A DNA stretch of 64,000 nt from Flaccisagitta enflata (GCA_965153355.1 OZ231126.1:5332001-5396000); one strand, 5' to 3'. Counted from the stretch's first letter, positions 1 through 13,088 are shown. Numbers and translations: made by a program. Notes: generated by a model not told the origin, from the letters alone.

Positions 1-24
1 AATAAATTGTTAAATGGAACGAGT

Positions 25-882
25 CGGCCAGGAATCCCGTTGGAGAAAATCTCAATTCTAAGGGTTATGAAAAAAAAAATGGACCCATCACAAATTTTGC
101 ATGTGGGTCCTAAAAAGCATGTAGAACAAGAATCTGATACTTATTTTGGCCTATCATGAGCCAAAAAAAAAAAAAGAAACGGTTTTTTGTGCCAAAAACA
201 GCTATTTTTCCTTAAAAAATGGTATAAAATAAAATATTTTTGAGTTTTTTTTTACAGAAATATAAAGTACCAATAGTAATTGATATTTGAGTGAATCTAG
301 AACAATTTTGAATAGGTCTATGAGGTTCAAAAATAGCATTAAAGTGCTCAAAAGTGGAGAAATGACCTAAAAAAAAAAAACTGATGTTTTGGAACAGTTT
401 CTTAGGGTAAAATATGCTGTCACTGTGAATTCCATTGATTTACTTTAAAAAACATGGCCACAATAAGCGAAAACGCGAAATGGCAATATGCAAATGAGAT
501 CTCATTTGCATATTGCGGTTCTGCGTTTTTCGCTTATCACGGCCATGTTTTTTTATAATCGATGAAACTCATACTGACAGCATATTTCACCCTGTTCCAA
601 AACATCAGCTTTGACAATTTTTTAATTTTTAGGTCATTTCTCCACTTTTGAGCACTTTAATGCTATTTTTGAACCTCATAGACCTATACAAAATTGTTCT
701 AGATTCACTCAAATATCAATTACTATTAGTACTTAGTTTCTGTAAAAAAAAAGTCCAAAATATTTCATTTGATACCATTTTTTTAGGAAAAATAGCTGGT
801 CCCCTGTGCAAAAATCTGGGATGGGTCCATTTTTTTTTTTTTTTTTTTTTTTTAAGAATTTTGCAAGTGGGAATCCTGGCCG
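25..882. mobile_element. Palindromic non-autonomous DNA transposon (MITE), 4-bp TSD GAGT
   Basis: TIR cggccaggaatccc / gggaatcctggccg, gagt on both flanks; arms complementary through the central atatgcaaatgagatctcatttgcatat. Confidence 0.8.
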
Positions 883-1282
883 GAGTATGAAAATTGATGA
901 TATGATCACCTCGATGCTAAGGGAGGATAGAGATTGGATGAAGAAAAGACGGGATGAGGGGGAGGGGAAATTGAGAGAGGGGAGATTAGAGAAAGGGGTT
1001 AATTGAAAGGAAGTTCATCAACGCCGTGAATTAAAACGCCGTAAATTAAGACAGAAAGAGAAAGCCATATAAACAGAATGAATAGGGAAAAGAAACAATA
1101 ACGAATTGAAAATTGGTATGAAGGAACCAAGGCTGTCTATCTGTAATAGGCGGATTTGCTTTACTGTGGGGTTCGTTACACCGGGTTGTCACGGTCCAGC
1201 GACGAAATAATGTATAGATTGGATCTATTGGTCAGGGATAAACGAAGCTAATCATCAACTTGTCTGTCTCGTCTCATTTTAG

Positions 1283-1425
1283 AAACAGTTCCATCTTCGA
1301 AGAGCGCGACGATGGTCAACCTGGATTCCAGCTCAAAGGCGAAATTCAGTTCCATCTGTACATCTCGACTTCTCCTTGTGGAGATGCCAGAATATTCTCC
1401 CCACACGAAGTCAATACGAATGAAG
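1283..1425 (+). CDS. ADARB1: ADAR2-type deaminase, internal exon (NSSIF...[20 protein letters not shown]...); upstream exons lie outside the window
   Basis: ttttag acceptor and g|gtatgt donor; encodes the Zn-ligand motif [17 protein letters not shown] characteristic of ADAR2. Confidence 0.95.
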
Positions 1426-1608
1426 GTATGTCTGTTTGCTAGGATATTCGCTGTTGATGACAATGCAATGGTGCTAATGCAATGGCAGACAGACAGACCC
1501 CAGATAGGATGCGTGTGAAAGAGTTTTAACAACTTTGAAAATGAGACCAATTTAGCGTCTATCCGTTTAGGAGCAGCTCCCATTGAAAGTTTGGAGCCAG
1601 TGCAAATA

Positions 1609-2182
1609 CAGACGGAACACTATTTTAAGGAGAGGAGGCAGCAGAAGTTTTAGCCACCCCCCCCCCCTACAGGTAAATTGGTTTCATCAATTTACTGACT
1701 GAAAGTGGTTTTGAATATTTGGGGAGATTTGTTGTGGTGCCACCGTGGCGATTTTTGAGTTTCAATCTAGAACCCGCATATATGCCCCCTATTAACCCAT
1801 AAATAACCACCCCGCCGAGGGTAAAAAAATTGAAAAATTTGAAAATTGATTTTTTAATGAAAAAACTCAAAACAAACCAAAAAATTGTGATTTATAGTGT
1901 ATATGGACACCATTGAACACTATTCTTCCAAAAAATTTGCAAAAATTATGAGAAAAAAAATTTCAATTTTTTTGACTTTGGCAGGGTGGTCATCTAGGGG
2001 TTAAAGGGGGCAAATTATGGGGTTCTAGATTGAAACTCAAAAATCGCCACAGTGGCGCCACAAAAAATCCCCTCAAGTGTTCAAAACCACTTTCAGTTTA
2101 AAAATTGCCGAAACAAATTTACCTTTAGGGGGGGTAGCTAAAACTTTTGCTGCCTCCTCTCTTTAAAATAGTGTTCCGTCTG
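1609..2182. mobile_element. Palindromic MITE with TA TSD (Tc1/mariner-type ends)
   Basis: ta|cagacggaacactattttaa ... ttaaaatagtgttccgtctg|ta; long imperfect inverted arms. Confidence 0.8.
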
Positions 2183-2256
2183 TACTAATTTGCATATTGC
2201 GTGATTCTTCTCTACCTATTCGTTCTCACTCAAATTGACTCATTCCCTTTCTTCAG

Positions 2257-2391
2257 GAGAGACAAACGCAGATCGTCATCCGAATCGACGCGCCCGCGGT
2301 CAATTAAGGACGAAGATCGAATCGGGCGAAGGAACCATTCCAGTCAGAAACGCCACCAATGGAATACAAACCTGGGATGGAGTTCTACAAG
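2257..2391 (+). CDS. ADARB1: ADAR2 exon ([25 protein letters not shown]...QTWDGVLQG)
   Basis: cttcag acceptor, g|gtaaca donor, phase 1-1; base-flipping loop KIESGEG is ADAR2-like (ADAR1 has KVENGEG). Confidence 0.95.
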
Positions 2392-2941
2392 GTAACAGTG
2401 ACGATAGAGATTTATGACCTTTGTTTTCTGCCTCTGCCCTGACGCGGTTTAAGTCGCTTGCACGCGACTCTTTGTCCGGTGCGCACGAGTGAGACGGTGG
2501 CCTTTTCTCTCATTCTAGATGATGTCCTATGTCCATCTGCTTCCATGACGACACGTCAGATACCTTGTTCCGACCGGAGGTGCTAAAAAGCTTTTCCCTG
2601 ATTTACAAACAAGCCTTGAATTTGCACGGTCTTCATAAGGCAGAACAGCCAATTATTTTATTCAACATCAGCTAGTTTGGCAAATATTAACCTCTCCAGG
2701 ATTATCTTATTTGATCAAAAAAAATGCAATTACACTAAGCATGTCCACTGATGCAGTGTTGCACTTTTTACTTGTGTCGTAAGATTTTAAAAATTAATTC
2801 TCATTAAAATTTTTGTTCCCCTGAATAAAGTCAATACATTTGATACACAGCAATCATCCCAGGAATCAGGTCTTTCAATCGAAATGTATACAGTACCAGT
2901 AAAGGCGGCTCTCGCCGACCGGAAAAAAATCGTAAGGGCTG

Positions 2942-2944
<3 letters not shown>

Positions 2945-3021
<77 letters not shown>

Positions 3022-3723
3022 CTCTCACCCTCTCTCTCTCTGTCTCCCTCCCATGCTCCCTCCCTCTCTCCCCCTCCCTCCCTACCTCCCTCCCTCTCCC
3101 TCCCTCCCTTCCCCTCCCTCTCTCGCTCTCCCTCCCCCTCTCACTCTCCCTCACCCTTCCCCTCTCACTCCCCCTCCCTCCCGCCCTCTCTCCCTCCCGC
3201 CCTCCCTCCCCCTCTCCCTCCCTTCTTCTCTCTCCCTCCCTTTCCCTCCCCCTCACCCTCTCCCTCTCGCTCTTCCCCCCCTCTCTCCTCCCCCTCTCTT
3301 TTGCTCCCCCTCCCTCCCTCCCTCCCTTTCCCTCCCCCTCCCCCTCTCGCTCTCCCTCCCCCTCTCTCTCTCCCTCTCCTTCCCTCTCTCTCCCTCCCCT
3401 TCCCTCCCTCCCTCATTCCCTCCCTCCATCTTTCCCTCCCCCTACCCCTCCCTCCCTCTCTCTCCCTCTCTCCGTTCTTTTCCCTCCCCCTCATTCTCCC
3501 CTTCCCTCTCTCTCTCTCCCTCCCTCCCCCTCTCTCTTTCCTTCCCTTTTCCTCCCCCTCTCCCTCCTACTCTCCCTCCCTCCCTCCTTCTCCCTCTCCC
3601 TCCCTTTCCCACTCTCCCTTACTCCTTCTCCCACCCTCCCTCTCCCTCCCTCTCTCTCCTTCCCTCCCTCTCCTTCCCTCTTTCTCCCTCCCTCTCCTTC
3701 CCTCCCTCTCCCTCCCTCCCTCT
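2945..3723. repeat. (GT)n microsatellite followed by a ~700-bp almost pure C/T tract
   Basis: direct inspection. Confidence 0.95.
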
Positions 3724-4002
3724 GCCGAACTCATTTTTGTTGTTATTTAGGGCCCAAAATTGAGATCGATGAAAAATAATGATCTTTGCGGAAAATGTGA
3801 AAAAATAAAAAAAGATTAAAAAATTCATAGCGCCTAAAGTATTGGTCCGACAGTGCCCTGCTTTTTTCCAGAAGGTGTAAAAAGTGCCCTCTTTCACCCT
3901 GTACCAATTTCAACCCCAGCCTCGGGCGAGCCTAGTCATGACCCAACTTGCCCAAAACGCCACAAGCGAAAATGGAAAAAATTAATTCCTAAGCGAAACT
4001 CA

Positions 4003-4563
4003 AACCAGGCCAACACCTATAAGTCGCGTGCGAGACTTAGATATGTAATTACTTTATTACATAACCACATAACTAAAATGACTTTTATTGAATTTAATTT
4101 ATATAACATGACTTAAAATAATTTATAACGACCTAAAATGACCTAAAATGCCCTAATTTGATTTGAATTGACCTAAAATGACTAAAATGATTTAGTGACT
4201 AAAATAACTTAAATTGATTTGAATTGACATAAAATGACTTTAAATGACTTAAATTGACATAAAATGACTTAAAATGACTTAAATTGACCTAGAATTACTG
4301 AAATTTTATTCAACTGACCTAAATTAACTTAAACAGACCTAATATCACTAAAATGATGAAAACTATTAAAATAACTCATATGACCTAAATTGACTTAAAC
4401 TGACTTAAAATGACTTAAAATGATCTAATTTGACTTTAAATGACCTACTTGTCTTGAAATAAGCTAGTAGGAATAAAACGAATAAAAAAAGTTAAGTGTG
4501 ACCAACCGACCAACCGACCGACGGACAAAGCGGGGTGTAGAGTCGCGTAGCACGCGACTAAAA
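4003..4563 (-). mobile_element. DINE-1/HINE-like element with internal 10-bp AAATGACTTA tandem repeat (related copies 11400-11735 and 46540-46724)
   Basis: subterminal IR agtcgcgtgc/gcacgcgact, GTCG/GTCC microsatellite, shared ends between copies. Confidence 0.65.
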
Positions 4564-4595
4564 ATCGAAAAACGTTTTTCTATTTTTTTTTCCAA

Positions 4596-5160
4596 CGATG
4601 GGAGCAATGACGACCTATACTGGAGGATAGTTTTTAGATATCCTAATTTCATTTGTATCATAACATATTTGAAATCTAGGCTTATTAAAGGTTGCTTTCT
4701 TGAGTGAATGCATTTGTATCTTTTAAACCTCAACTTGTGACTTGACCTCACCAAGGCTTCATTTTTCAAGGTTCTAATTAATTTCATTAGATTGGGCGAA
4801 AAATTTTATATAATCTAAAGAAAAAATCAGCTCAATCGGACCATTTTTACAGGTTTTACGGCTATGTTTAATAATATATAAAACTTAAAATGGCCATAAA
4901 ACCTGTAAAAATAGACCAACTGAGCTGATTTTTTTTTCAAACCTATATTAAATTTTTTGCCCGATCTATTGAAATAGGTTAGAACATTGAAAAATGAAAT
5001 CTTGATGAGGTCAAGTCGCAAGTTGAATTTTGAGAGATACAAATATTTTCACTAAATAAGGCAACCTTTGATTACCCTAGATCTCAAATATTTTATAATA
5101 CAAACAAAATTAAGGTACCTAAAATCTATCCTCCAGTCTAGGTCGTCATTGCTCCCATCG
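4596..5160. mobile_element. Palindromic MITE ending 48 bp upstream of an ADAR exon
   Basis: cgatgggagcaatgacgacc ... ggtcgtcattgctcccatcg with long inverted arms; TSD unclear. Confidence 0.78.
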
Positions 5161-5208
5161 CACTGTAACTCGTGGCCAATTTTTTTATTTCCCAATTTCC
5201 ATGAAAAG

Positions 5209-5274
5209 GCGAGCGTCTGTTGACAATGTCGTGCAGCGATAAACTTTCCAAGTGGAACATCGTCGGTCTTCAAG
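5209..5274 (+). CDS. ADARB1: ADAR2 exon ([23 protein letters not shown])
   Basis: aaaag acceptor, g|gtatgg donor, phase 1-1; MSCSDK Zn-ligand motif; too short for the ORF track. Confidence 0.93.
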
Positions 5275-7604
5275 GTATGGCAGTCTCGTTATCGTGAACT
5301 GAAGATCCCCTACAAGCTTGCTTGTTTATAACCCTCGCTTGCGTGGTGCCCTTTCATTCATTATTGTTTTCAACATCTTAAGGTTTTAAGAAACAATGTC
5401 AAATATATGTTTATGGAATTTAGTTTGTCGCACAGGTCAAGACACCAAAACTGTGTAGTTGTTCGTATACAAATCTCATTTGTTTTAGGTGGTGCTTGAT
5501 TTCCCCTCAAACACACAAACATCGGCGGTTCATGCAAAAAGTTAAAGTTCATTACTCAATGGTAAATGCTCTTGTCCACGGGGCTTTTTTTCATTTTTAC
5601 GAAATTAACGACCCTTAACACATGACCAATGATGGCAACAATGCCTCCTTGACCTTTATTATCAATTTATCATATGACCACTATCCAAAACTCCACTATC
5701 CAGAACAAAGGTTGAATACACTAATGAGAAATTGTTAAAACGCATTAAACTTTGAGGGGCAAATTGAATTGCGTCTTCATGCAATTGACAGTGCAGTCTG
5801 GTACACTTAAGAAGATCTAATGATCTTTTGCCTGCGCCCACGATGACAGCAAAAACTTCAGAAGCTTCAGAGATGCTAAGTTTCTTCTTTTACAGATATG
5901 ATATAGATTTGCGTGGATGAAACCCCCAGAAGCTTCAAAGATGCGAAGAGACTTCCTCGCGAGAGCATCTCAGATTAAGGGCCTGTTTCCACACATTTTC
6001 ACACTGTTTCCACACTGTTTTCAAAGGGGCCACTCGGTCGCTCGCGCTTGCTGCTTTTGTTTGCTCGCATCACTCACTCATTTTGAATATTTTACGCAGG
6101 TTTTTGATGGGTTCACTCACTCTCTTCGCTCACTCCTTTGTAGAATGAGTTAAATTTGTGAAATGTGTTCACGGTTTTGTTAAAAATCGCGATCGTCGTC
6201 GTCACTGGAAACACGCCCTCAGATTAAGAAGCTCTTCTCATCGTTTGAAATTGTTTATTTCCTCTTTTCTTATCAAAAGCTGGAGGGATAAACGGGGCGA
6301 ACGTGATTGAAAAAGAAGAAGAAGAGAAGGAAGATGAAAAAGAATATTTTTTTTTGTAAGCGTAAGAAAAATATCGATAGAGCCCATGATCTCTGGTACA
6401 TCACTCCCCCCAACAAATTTATTTGACCAGATCACGGCATCTAGTTTGCAATTATCCTTAATGTTTGAAGATTAAGATAAAGCAATGACTAAATTGTCGC
6501 TATGGGCCTATGAGCGATAGAAAATAAATGACCGGTTGGCGTTTTTTCTTCAAAATAGACATTAATTTCTTCTTCATCTTTTGATCCTCTTCTCAAATAG
6601 GAAAATAATTGCACCTCATTATAAAACCAATGAATAAAATGGCTGAAAACTTTTTGCATGACGCTGATTGATGCAAGGTGTGTTCCTGCTGGGGTTGACT
6701 GAAATATAGTAAAAAAGTATTTGTTGATAATAAAAAAATACTTAAATGCATATGCATTTGTGCCCCAATGTTTTTAAAAGCAGCTGCTCTCTAGCGTTCG
6801 CCATCATATGTGTAATATGTGGTGCTTTTCCAGGCTTATTTGATAGTGCCTAACATATCACTTTGCAAGACATGAAATGGAAACCTACGAAATTGTAAAT
6901 GACTGGACGAATAAACAAATATAACTTCAGTTTCACTCTTGAGATAATTAGTCTGAACGAATTTCCTTAATCCCCATTACATCTTCTGCGGGGGTAAATA
7001 CTTGCCGTATCATGATTCCAGATATATAATCTCTCCCCAGTCTCTCTCTCTCTCCACCCCCCCCCCCCCCACCTCTTCCTGTCTTCTGAGTTTCTCTTCA
7101 ATTTTCTTCTCCCCATCTTTGAAAAAAAAATGAAAGCAAACTACATCTGCTTCTCTTTAGATTTGGCGGGGGGAAATACAAATATGCGAAATGAGATATG
7201 CTCGCCAATTTGCTCGTTATCAAATGCTCGGGACTTTTTTTATTGCGATGAAAGAAAGTTGGGGGGATGAAAAGAAGAGGAGGAGAGGGGAGAAATGTAG
7301 AAGGGGGGAAATGTTCGGGATTTTACATTTACATTGCGACTAGTATTATTTTACTTTAGTCAATTGAAAATATTCAGTGTTCTCCCTTGTCTCTTTCTTT
7401 TTTTTTGTAGCCAATAAAAAATGATGTAGCCAATGGAAAATGATGAAAAAATATTCCGCTCTAAATAGTTTAGAGGGAGTGCCCGCCGTTACGAAATGAA
7501 TACAGGCTGCTGACTCCAGATTGGTCAAATTTAAGCTCAACTCTCCACTGCCACCAATCTGCAGATCTGATGTCCAGAGTTCAACTCGTTCAAAAGCAGG
7601 ACTC

Positions 7605-10600
7605 GGCAGTTGTTAAGAATATTACCCTTCTTGAGTAGTGGGGAAGGGCAGGAGTGGGGAAGGGCAGGAGTGGGGAAGGGGAAATGCAGAATGGCTATGG
7701 GAAACACAAATTTGATGCAGACAGTCTCTGAAATTGAGCCACTCTTCCTCTCCCACTGCCCCTGCCCCTGCCCAACTCGCCCTTCCCCACTCGCCCTTCC
7801 CCACTCGCCCTTCCCCACTCCTGCCCTTCCCCACTCCTGCCCTTCCCCACTCCTGCCCTTCCCCACTCCTGCCCTTCCCCACTCTTTATTTTACAAAACA
7901 CGTTTTTTTCATCCATTTATCAATATCCGTCAAGAATAAACTGATAAAACACATTTTTTTCGCATTCCCCTTCCCCACTCGTCGCGATCCCTATAGGAGG
8001 CGCGCGTTTTCTATTTTTCGCTGCTTTTTGATGTTTTTGAAAACAAAATCGGTAGTGGGCAAAGACAAAAATTCCCAAAAAGGAACACTTGCCACTACCC
8101 ACTCCCCACTCACCATATTACTGAAGGAGGAGTGGGGAATGGCGAGTGGGGAAGGGCAGGAGTGGGGAAGGGCCCACTCCCCCTTTCCAATTAGGGCTAG
8201 GGTTGAGTTTAGGGTTAGGGCTAGGGTTGAGTTTAGGGTTAGGGCTAGGGTTGAGTTTAGGGTTAGGGCTAGGGTTGAGTTTAGGGTTAGGGCTAGGTTG
8301 AGTTTAGGTTAGGCTAGGTTGAGTTTAGGGTTAGGCTAGGTTGAGTTTGGGTTAGGCTAGGGTTGAGTTTAGGTTAGGCTGGGTTGAGTTTAGGGCAGGT
8401 TGAGTTTAGGTTAGGCTAGGGTTGAATTTAGGTTAGGCTAGGTTGAGTTAGGGTTAGGGCTAGGGTTGAGTTTAGTTAGGGCTAGGTTGAGTTTAGGGTT
8501 AGGGATAGGGTTGAGTTTAGGGTTAGGGCTGGGTTGAGTTTAGGGTTAGGCTAGGGTTGAGTTTAGGGTTAGGGCTAGGGTTGAGTTTAGGGTTAGGGCT
8601 AGGGTTGAGTTTAGGGTTAGGGCTAGGGTTGAGTTTAGGGTTAGGGCTAGGGTTGAGTTTAGGGTTAGGGCTAAGGTTGAGTTTAGGGTTAGGGCTAGGG
8701 TTGAGTTTAGGGTTAGGGCTAGGGTTGAGTTTAGGGTTAGGGCTAGGGTTGAGTTTAGGGATAGGGAGTGGGTTGAGTTTAGGGTTAGGGAGTGGGTTGA
8801 GTTTAGTGTTAGGGAGTGGGTTGATGTGATATTTTTCAACTTTGCTAGAAAAGTTAAAAAACTTTGCCAAAGGCAAAGTTTTTTATTTTTTGTTGATGTG
8901 ATATTTTTCATTTTTGCCGAAGGCAAAGCAAAGTTTTCAATTTTGCTGACTTTGCCCCAGTGGAAAAACTTTGGTGTGCCTTCGGCAAGGAAGGAAAATT
9001 TTGCTTCAGCCATAAATGAAAAACTTTGCCTACGGCAAAGTTTCTCAACTTTGCTAGAAAAGTTAAGTTTTTTATTTTTTGTTGATGTGATATTTTTCAA
9101 CTTTGCCGAAGGCAAAGCAAAGTTTTTATTTTTATTAACTTTGCCCAAGTGGAAAAACTTTGCTTTGCCTTCGGCAAAGTTGGAAAACTTTGTTTAGCCA
9201 TGAATGAAAAACTTTGCCTTTGGCAAAGTTTTTCAACTTAATCAGCCAAGAGCTTAACTCAACCCTAACCCGAATTCAATCCTAACTCAACCCTAACCCA
9301 ACCCCAACTTAACCTTAGCCCTACCCCAACTCAACCCTAGCCCTTACCCTAAACTCAACCCTAGCCCTAACCCTAAACTCAACCCTAGCCCTAACCCTAA
9401 ACTCAACCCTAGCCCTAACCCTAAACTCAACCCTAGCCCTAACCCTAAACTCAACCCTAGCCCTAACCCTAAACTCAACCCTAGCCCTAACCCTAAACTC
9501 AACCTAGCCCTAACCCTAAACTCAACCCTAGCCCTAACCCTAAACTCAACCCTAGCCTCCAAACTCAACTGGCCTAACCTAAACTCAACCTAGCCTAACC
9601 CTAAACTCAACCTGGCCTAACCTAAACTCCAGCCTCCTAACCTAAACTCCAACCTAGCCCTAACTAAACTCAACCTAGCCCTAACCCTAAACTCAACCTA
9701 GCCCTAACCCTAAACTCAACCTAGCCCCAACCTAAACTCAACCTAGCCCTTACCCTAAACTCAACCTAGCCTAACCTAAACTCAACCTGGCTAACCTAAA
9801 CTCAACCTAGCCCTAACCTAAACTCAACCAGCCCCTAACCTAAACTCAACCTAGCCTAACCTAAACTCAACCCTAGCCAAACTAAACTCAACCTAGCCCT
9901 AACCTAAACTCAAGCCTAGCCCTAACCCTAAACTCAACCCTAGCCCTTACCCTAAACTCAACCCTAGCCCTTACCCTAAACTCAACCCTAGCCCTAACCC
10001 TAAACTCAACCCTAGCCCTTACCCTAAACTCAACCCTAGCCCTTACCCTAAACTCAACCCTAGCCCTAACCCTAAACTCAACCCTAGCCCTTACCCTAAA
10101 CTCAACCCTAGCCCTTACCCTAAACTCAACCCTAGCCCTAATCCTATTTTTGAATGTTTTTGCATTTCCTACTCCCCACTCGTCGCGTTCCCTATAGGAG
10201 GCGCGCGATACTTTCATTTACACTGTTTTTTCCATTAATTGACAAAGATTCAGGAGTGGGGAAAGAGAAAACCATAGAAAAAATCATTTGCCACTCCCCA
10301 CTCGCCACTCGCCACTTGCCACTCCCGAGTGGGGTGGTGTAATACTTTACCGAAGTTTAGGTATCGAATTTGTAGTATTGCTCTCTCTTTTGTAGGCTTT
10401 TAAGATAATGTCGATGAGATTTCTCAATTTTTGAATGTTTTTGTATTTCCCGCTCCCCACTCATCGCGTTCCCTATAGGAGGCGCGCGATACTTTCATTT
10501 GCACTGTTTTATGCATTAATTGACAAAGATTCAGAAGTGGGGAAAGAGAAAACCAAAGAACAAATCATTTGCCACTCGCCACGCGCCACTCGCCACTCGC

Positions 10601-11078
10601 CACTCGCCACTCCTCGAGGAGTCAGTGATTGATAACAACTGCCGTGATTTTTTCTTAGGTTTTCTCTTTCCCCACTCCTCAGTTTTTTTTTAAAAAGGCC
10701 AAAAACTGTGTAAATGAAAGTAACGCGCGCCTCCTATAGGGAACGCAACGAGTGGGGAGTGGGAACTACAAAAACACTCAAAAATATAAAAGTCTCATCG
10801 CCATTTCCTTAACAGACATGAAAAACTGAGGAAACCCACTCCTGCCCTTCCCCACTCCTGCCCTTCCCCACTCCTGCCCTTCCCCACTCCTGCCCTTCCC
10901 CACCCCTGCCCTTCCCCACCCCTGCCCTTCCCCACCCCTGCCCTTCCCCACTCCTGCCCTTCCTGCCCTTCCCCACTCCTGCCCTTCCTGCCATTCCCTG
11001 CCCTTCCCCACTACTGCCCTTCCCCACTACTGCCCTTCCTGCCCTTCCTCGAGAAGGGTAATATTGTTAACACCTGCC
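7605..11078. mobile_element. Foldback-like non-autonomous element, 8-bp TSD CAGGACTC, with 16-bp and TTAGGG-derived 24-bp tandem arrays
   Basis: caggactc|ggcagttgttaagaatattacccttc ... gaagggtaatattgttaacacctgcc|caggactc; inverted 24-mer arms 8191-8820 and 9255-10141. Confidence 0.85.
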
Positions 11079-12219
11079 CAGGACTCCCTCAAAGATTTTT
11101 TCAGAGTGGAAGATTTTTTCCGCCCAGATTGTACAGAAAGCCCACACCTCACCTACAAAATTTGGATTTGTACAAGTGCTAACAAGAGTCTAAACCAGCC
11201 CCATCTCACGCTCTGTGCAATCGATGAAGCAAGAATTTGTGCATCATTTTTCAATTGGAAATCGAAATGATTTACTTTGGCTTTCTGTCTACCAGACGAT
11301 TGATGCGAGAATGGAGATGAATAAAATGTGACAGTTATGGCGGGAGGAATTATTGACTCTTTCTTATAAATGATTGGTTGCTATGCTAGTAAATGGAAAA
11401 ACAAGGCCAACACCTGTAAGTCGCGTGCAAGACTTTCTGACTGAGAATGACTTAGAAAGACTTAGAGTGCTTGAGAATGACTTAGAATGACTTAAAATGA
11501 CTTAAAATGACCAAAAAGGACTAAAAATGGTGAAATGACCTGATGACTTAAAATGACTTAAAATGACTTAAAATGACATAAAATGACTTAAAATGACTTA
11601 AAATGACTTAGAATGTCTTAAAATTACTTAGAATGACTAAAAATGACTTGAAGAAATAAAAGTGACAAAAAAGTAAAGTGTGACCAACCGACCGACGGAC
11701 AAAGCGGGTTGTTGAGTCGCGTGCACGCGACTAAAAAGACTCGGATATTGAGTTATAAAAATTGACGTCACTAACTTATAAGAATAGTTTGATGACGAAC
11801 TTTTTGAAAATGTTTAAGCTCAAACGTGACAAAGGCTTAATCTCTTGATGGCGTCTTAGAATTCTTAAGGAGTCATCTACGCGTTGTTATGTATTGTTGT
11901 TTGTATAGATATAAGTAGACGGGGAGCCAATATTCAGTTGCAGGCATGTTGAAGGGAATTTGAAAAAAAAAGTTAATTGCAATTTTTTCTTTTCCATTTA
12001 TGATTTTATCGTTGTTGGGATTGATGAACGACTTGTGTCAAAAGTCTTTTTATCTCGAGGCGTGTTGCCGTGGTCATTGTTCTATTATGACCCCATCTGT
12101 TAACTCATCCATTGCACCATTTTCATCTGAATTTTTCCCATCTTTCTCTTTGTTTTTTCTTTCTCTTAGATGTTGCTTCTGTCTCCTCATCAGTCTTTGT
12201 CTGTCCCGCGGTAATTGTT

Positions 12220-12315
<96 letters not shown>

Positions 12316-12356
12316 AATATTACCTTTGACTCTTCCCCCCCCACTACCCTCCAAAG

Positions 12357-12498
12357 GTTCCCTGTTGAGCCATTTCTTGGAGCCGATTTATTTGGACAGC
12401 GTGATTTTGGGTTCTCTTTACCACGCCGAGCATTTATCCCGCGCCATGTACGGCCGGCTTGGACTCGATTGGCAACGCGACAAGCCCGTGCCCGAAGG
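12357..12498 (+). CDS. ADARB1: ADAR2 exon ([35 protein letters not shown]...PEG)
   Basis: caaag acceptor, gg|gtaagt donor, phase 1-2; matches ADAR2 GSLLSxFxEPIY...LGSLYH..HLSRAMY. Confidence 0.93.
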
Positions 12499-13088
12499 GT
12501 AAGTCATGGAAGGGCAAGGGACAAGTGCCAGGGCTGCGAATTAGATCCGAGGACAAGGGCAGGGCAAAGGGGAAAGTACAAGCGCCAAGGTTGCGAATCA
12601 GACTTGGAGGGTGAATGAGGGTAGGGCAAGGGGTGAAGACAAGTAACGGGGCTGTGAAACCGATCTAGAGATGAGTGAGTGTAGGGCTAGGGGCAAAAAC
12701 TAACGCCAGGGCTGCGAAGTAGATCTAAGGGTGAGTGAAGGTTAGGCCAGGGCCAAGGGGGCGAATACAAGAACCAAAGTGGCAAATCAGACCCGAAGGG
12801 TGAGTAAGGGTAGGGCAAGGGGCGAATACCAGCGCTAGGGCTGTGTCGATAATCTTGAACCTTCGGGGTGAGAACTGAGCGTGGACAGGTGATGACAACC
12901 GCTAGTCCACAAGTATGCAAATTAGATCTCATGGGCGAGTTAAGGGGAACTATGCCATATAAAAATATAGGCCTTATCAAGTTTTACTGATCATTGTGTT
13001 GTGTATATGAATTATTAACATTTGATTAGGCGCTGATGTATCGCTTATTATTGTTGTTCAATTACTGATACAAAGTTGTTGTCTGCAG

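Noticed and set aside
2831-3779. Pro/Ser/Leu-rich and Arg/Glu/Gly-rich ORFs
   Set aside because: Translations of microsatellite and C/T tract
8191-10141. True telomere or chromosome-fusion site
   Set aside because: Unit is a 24-mer variant enclosed by TIRs and an 8-bp TSD inside an intact ADAR intron
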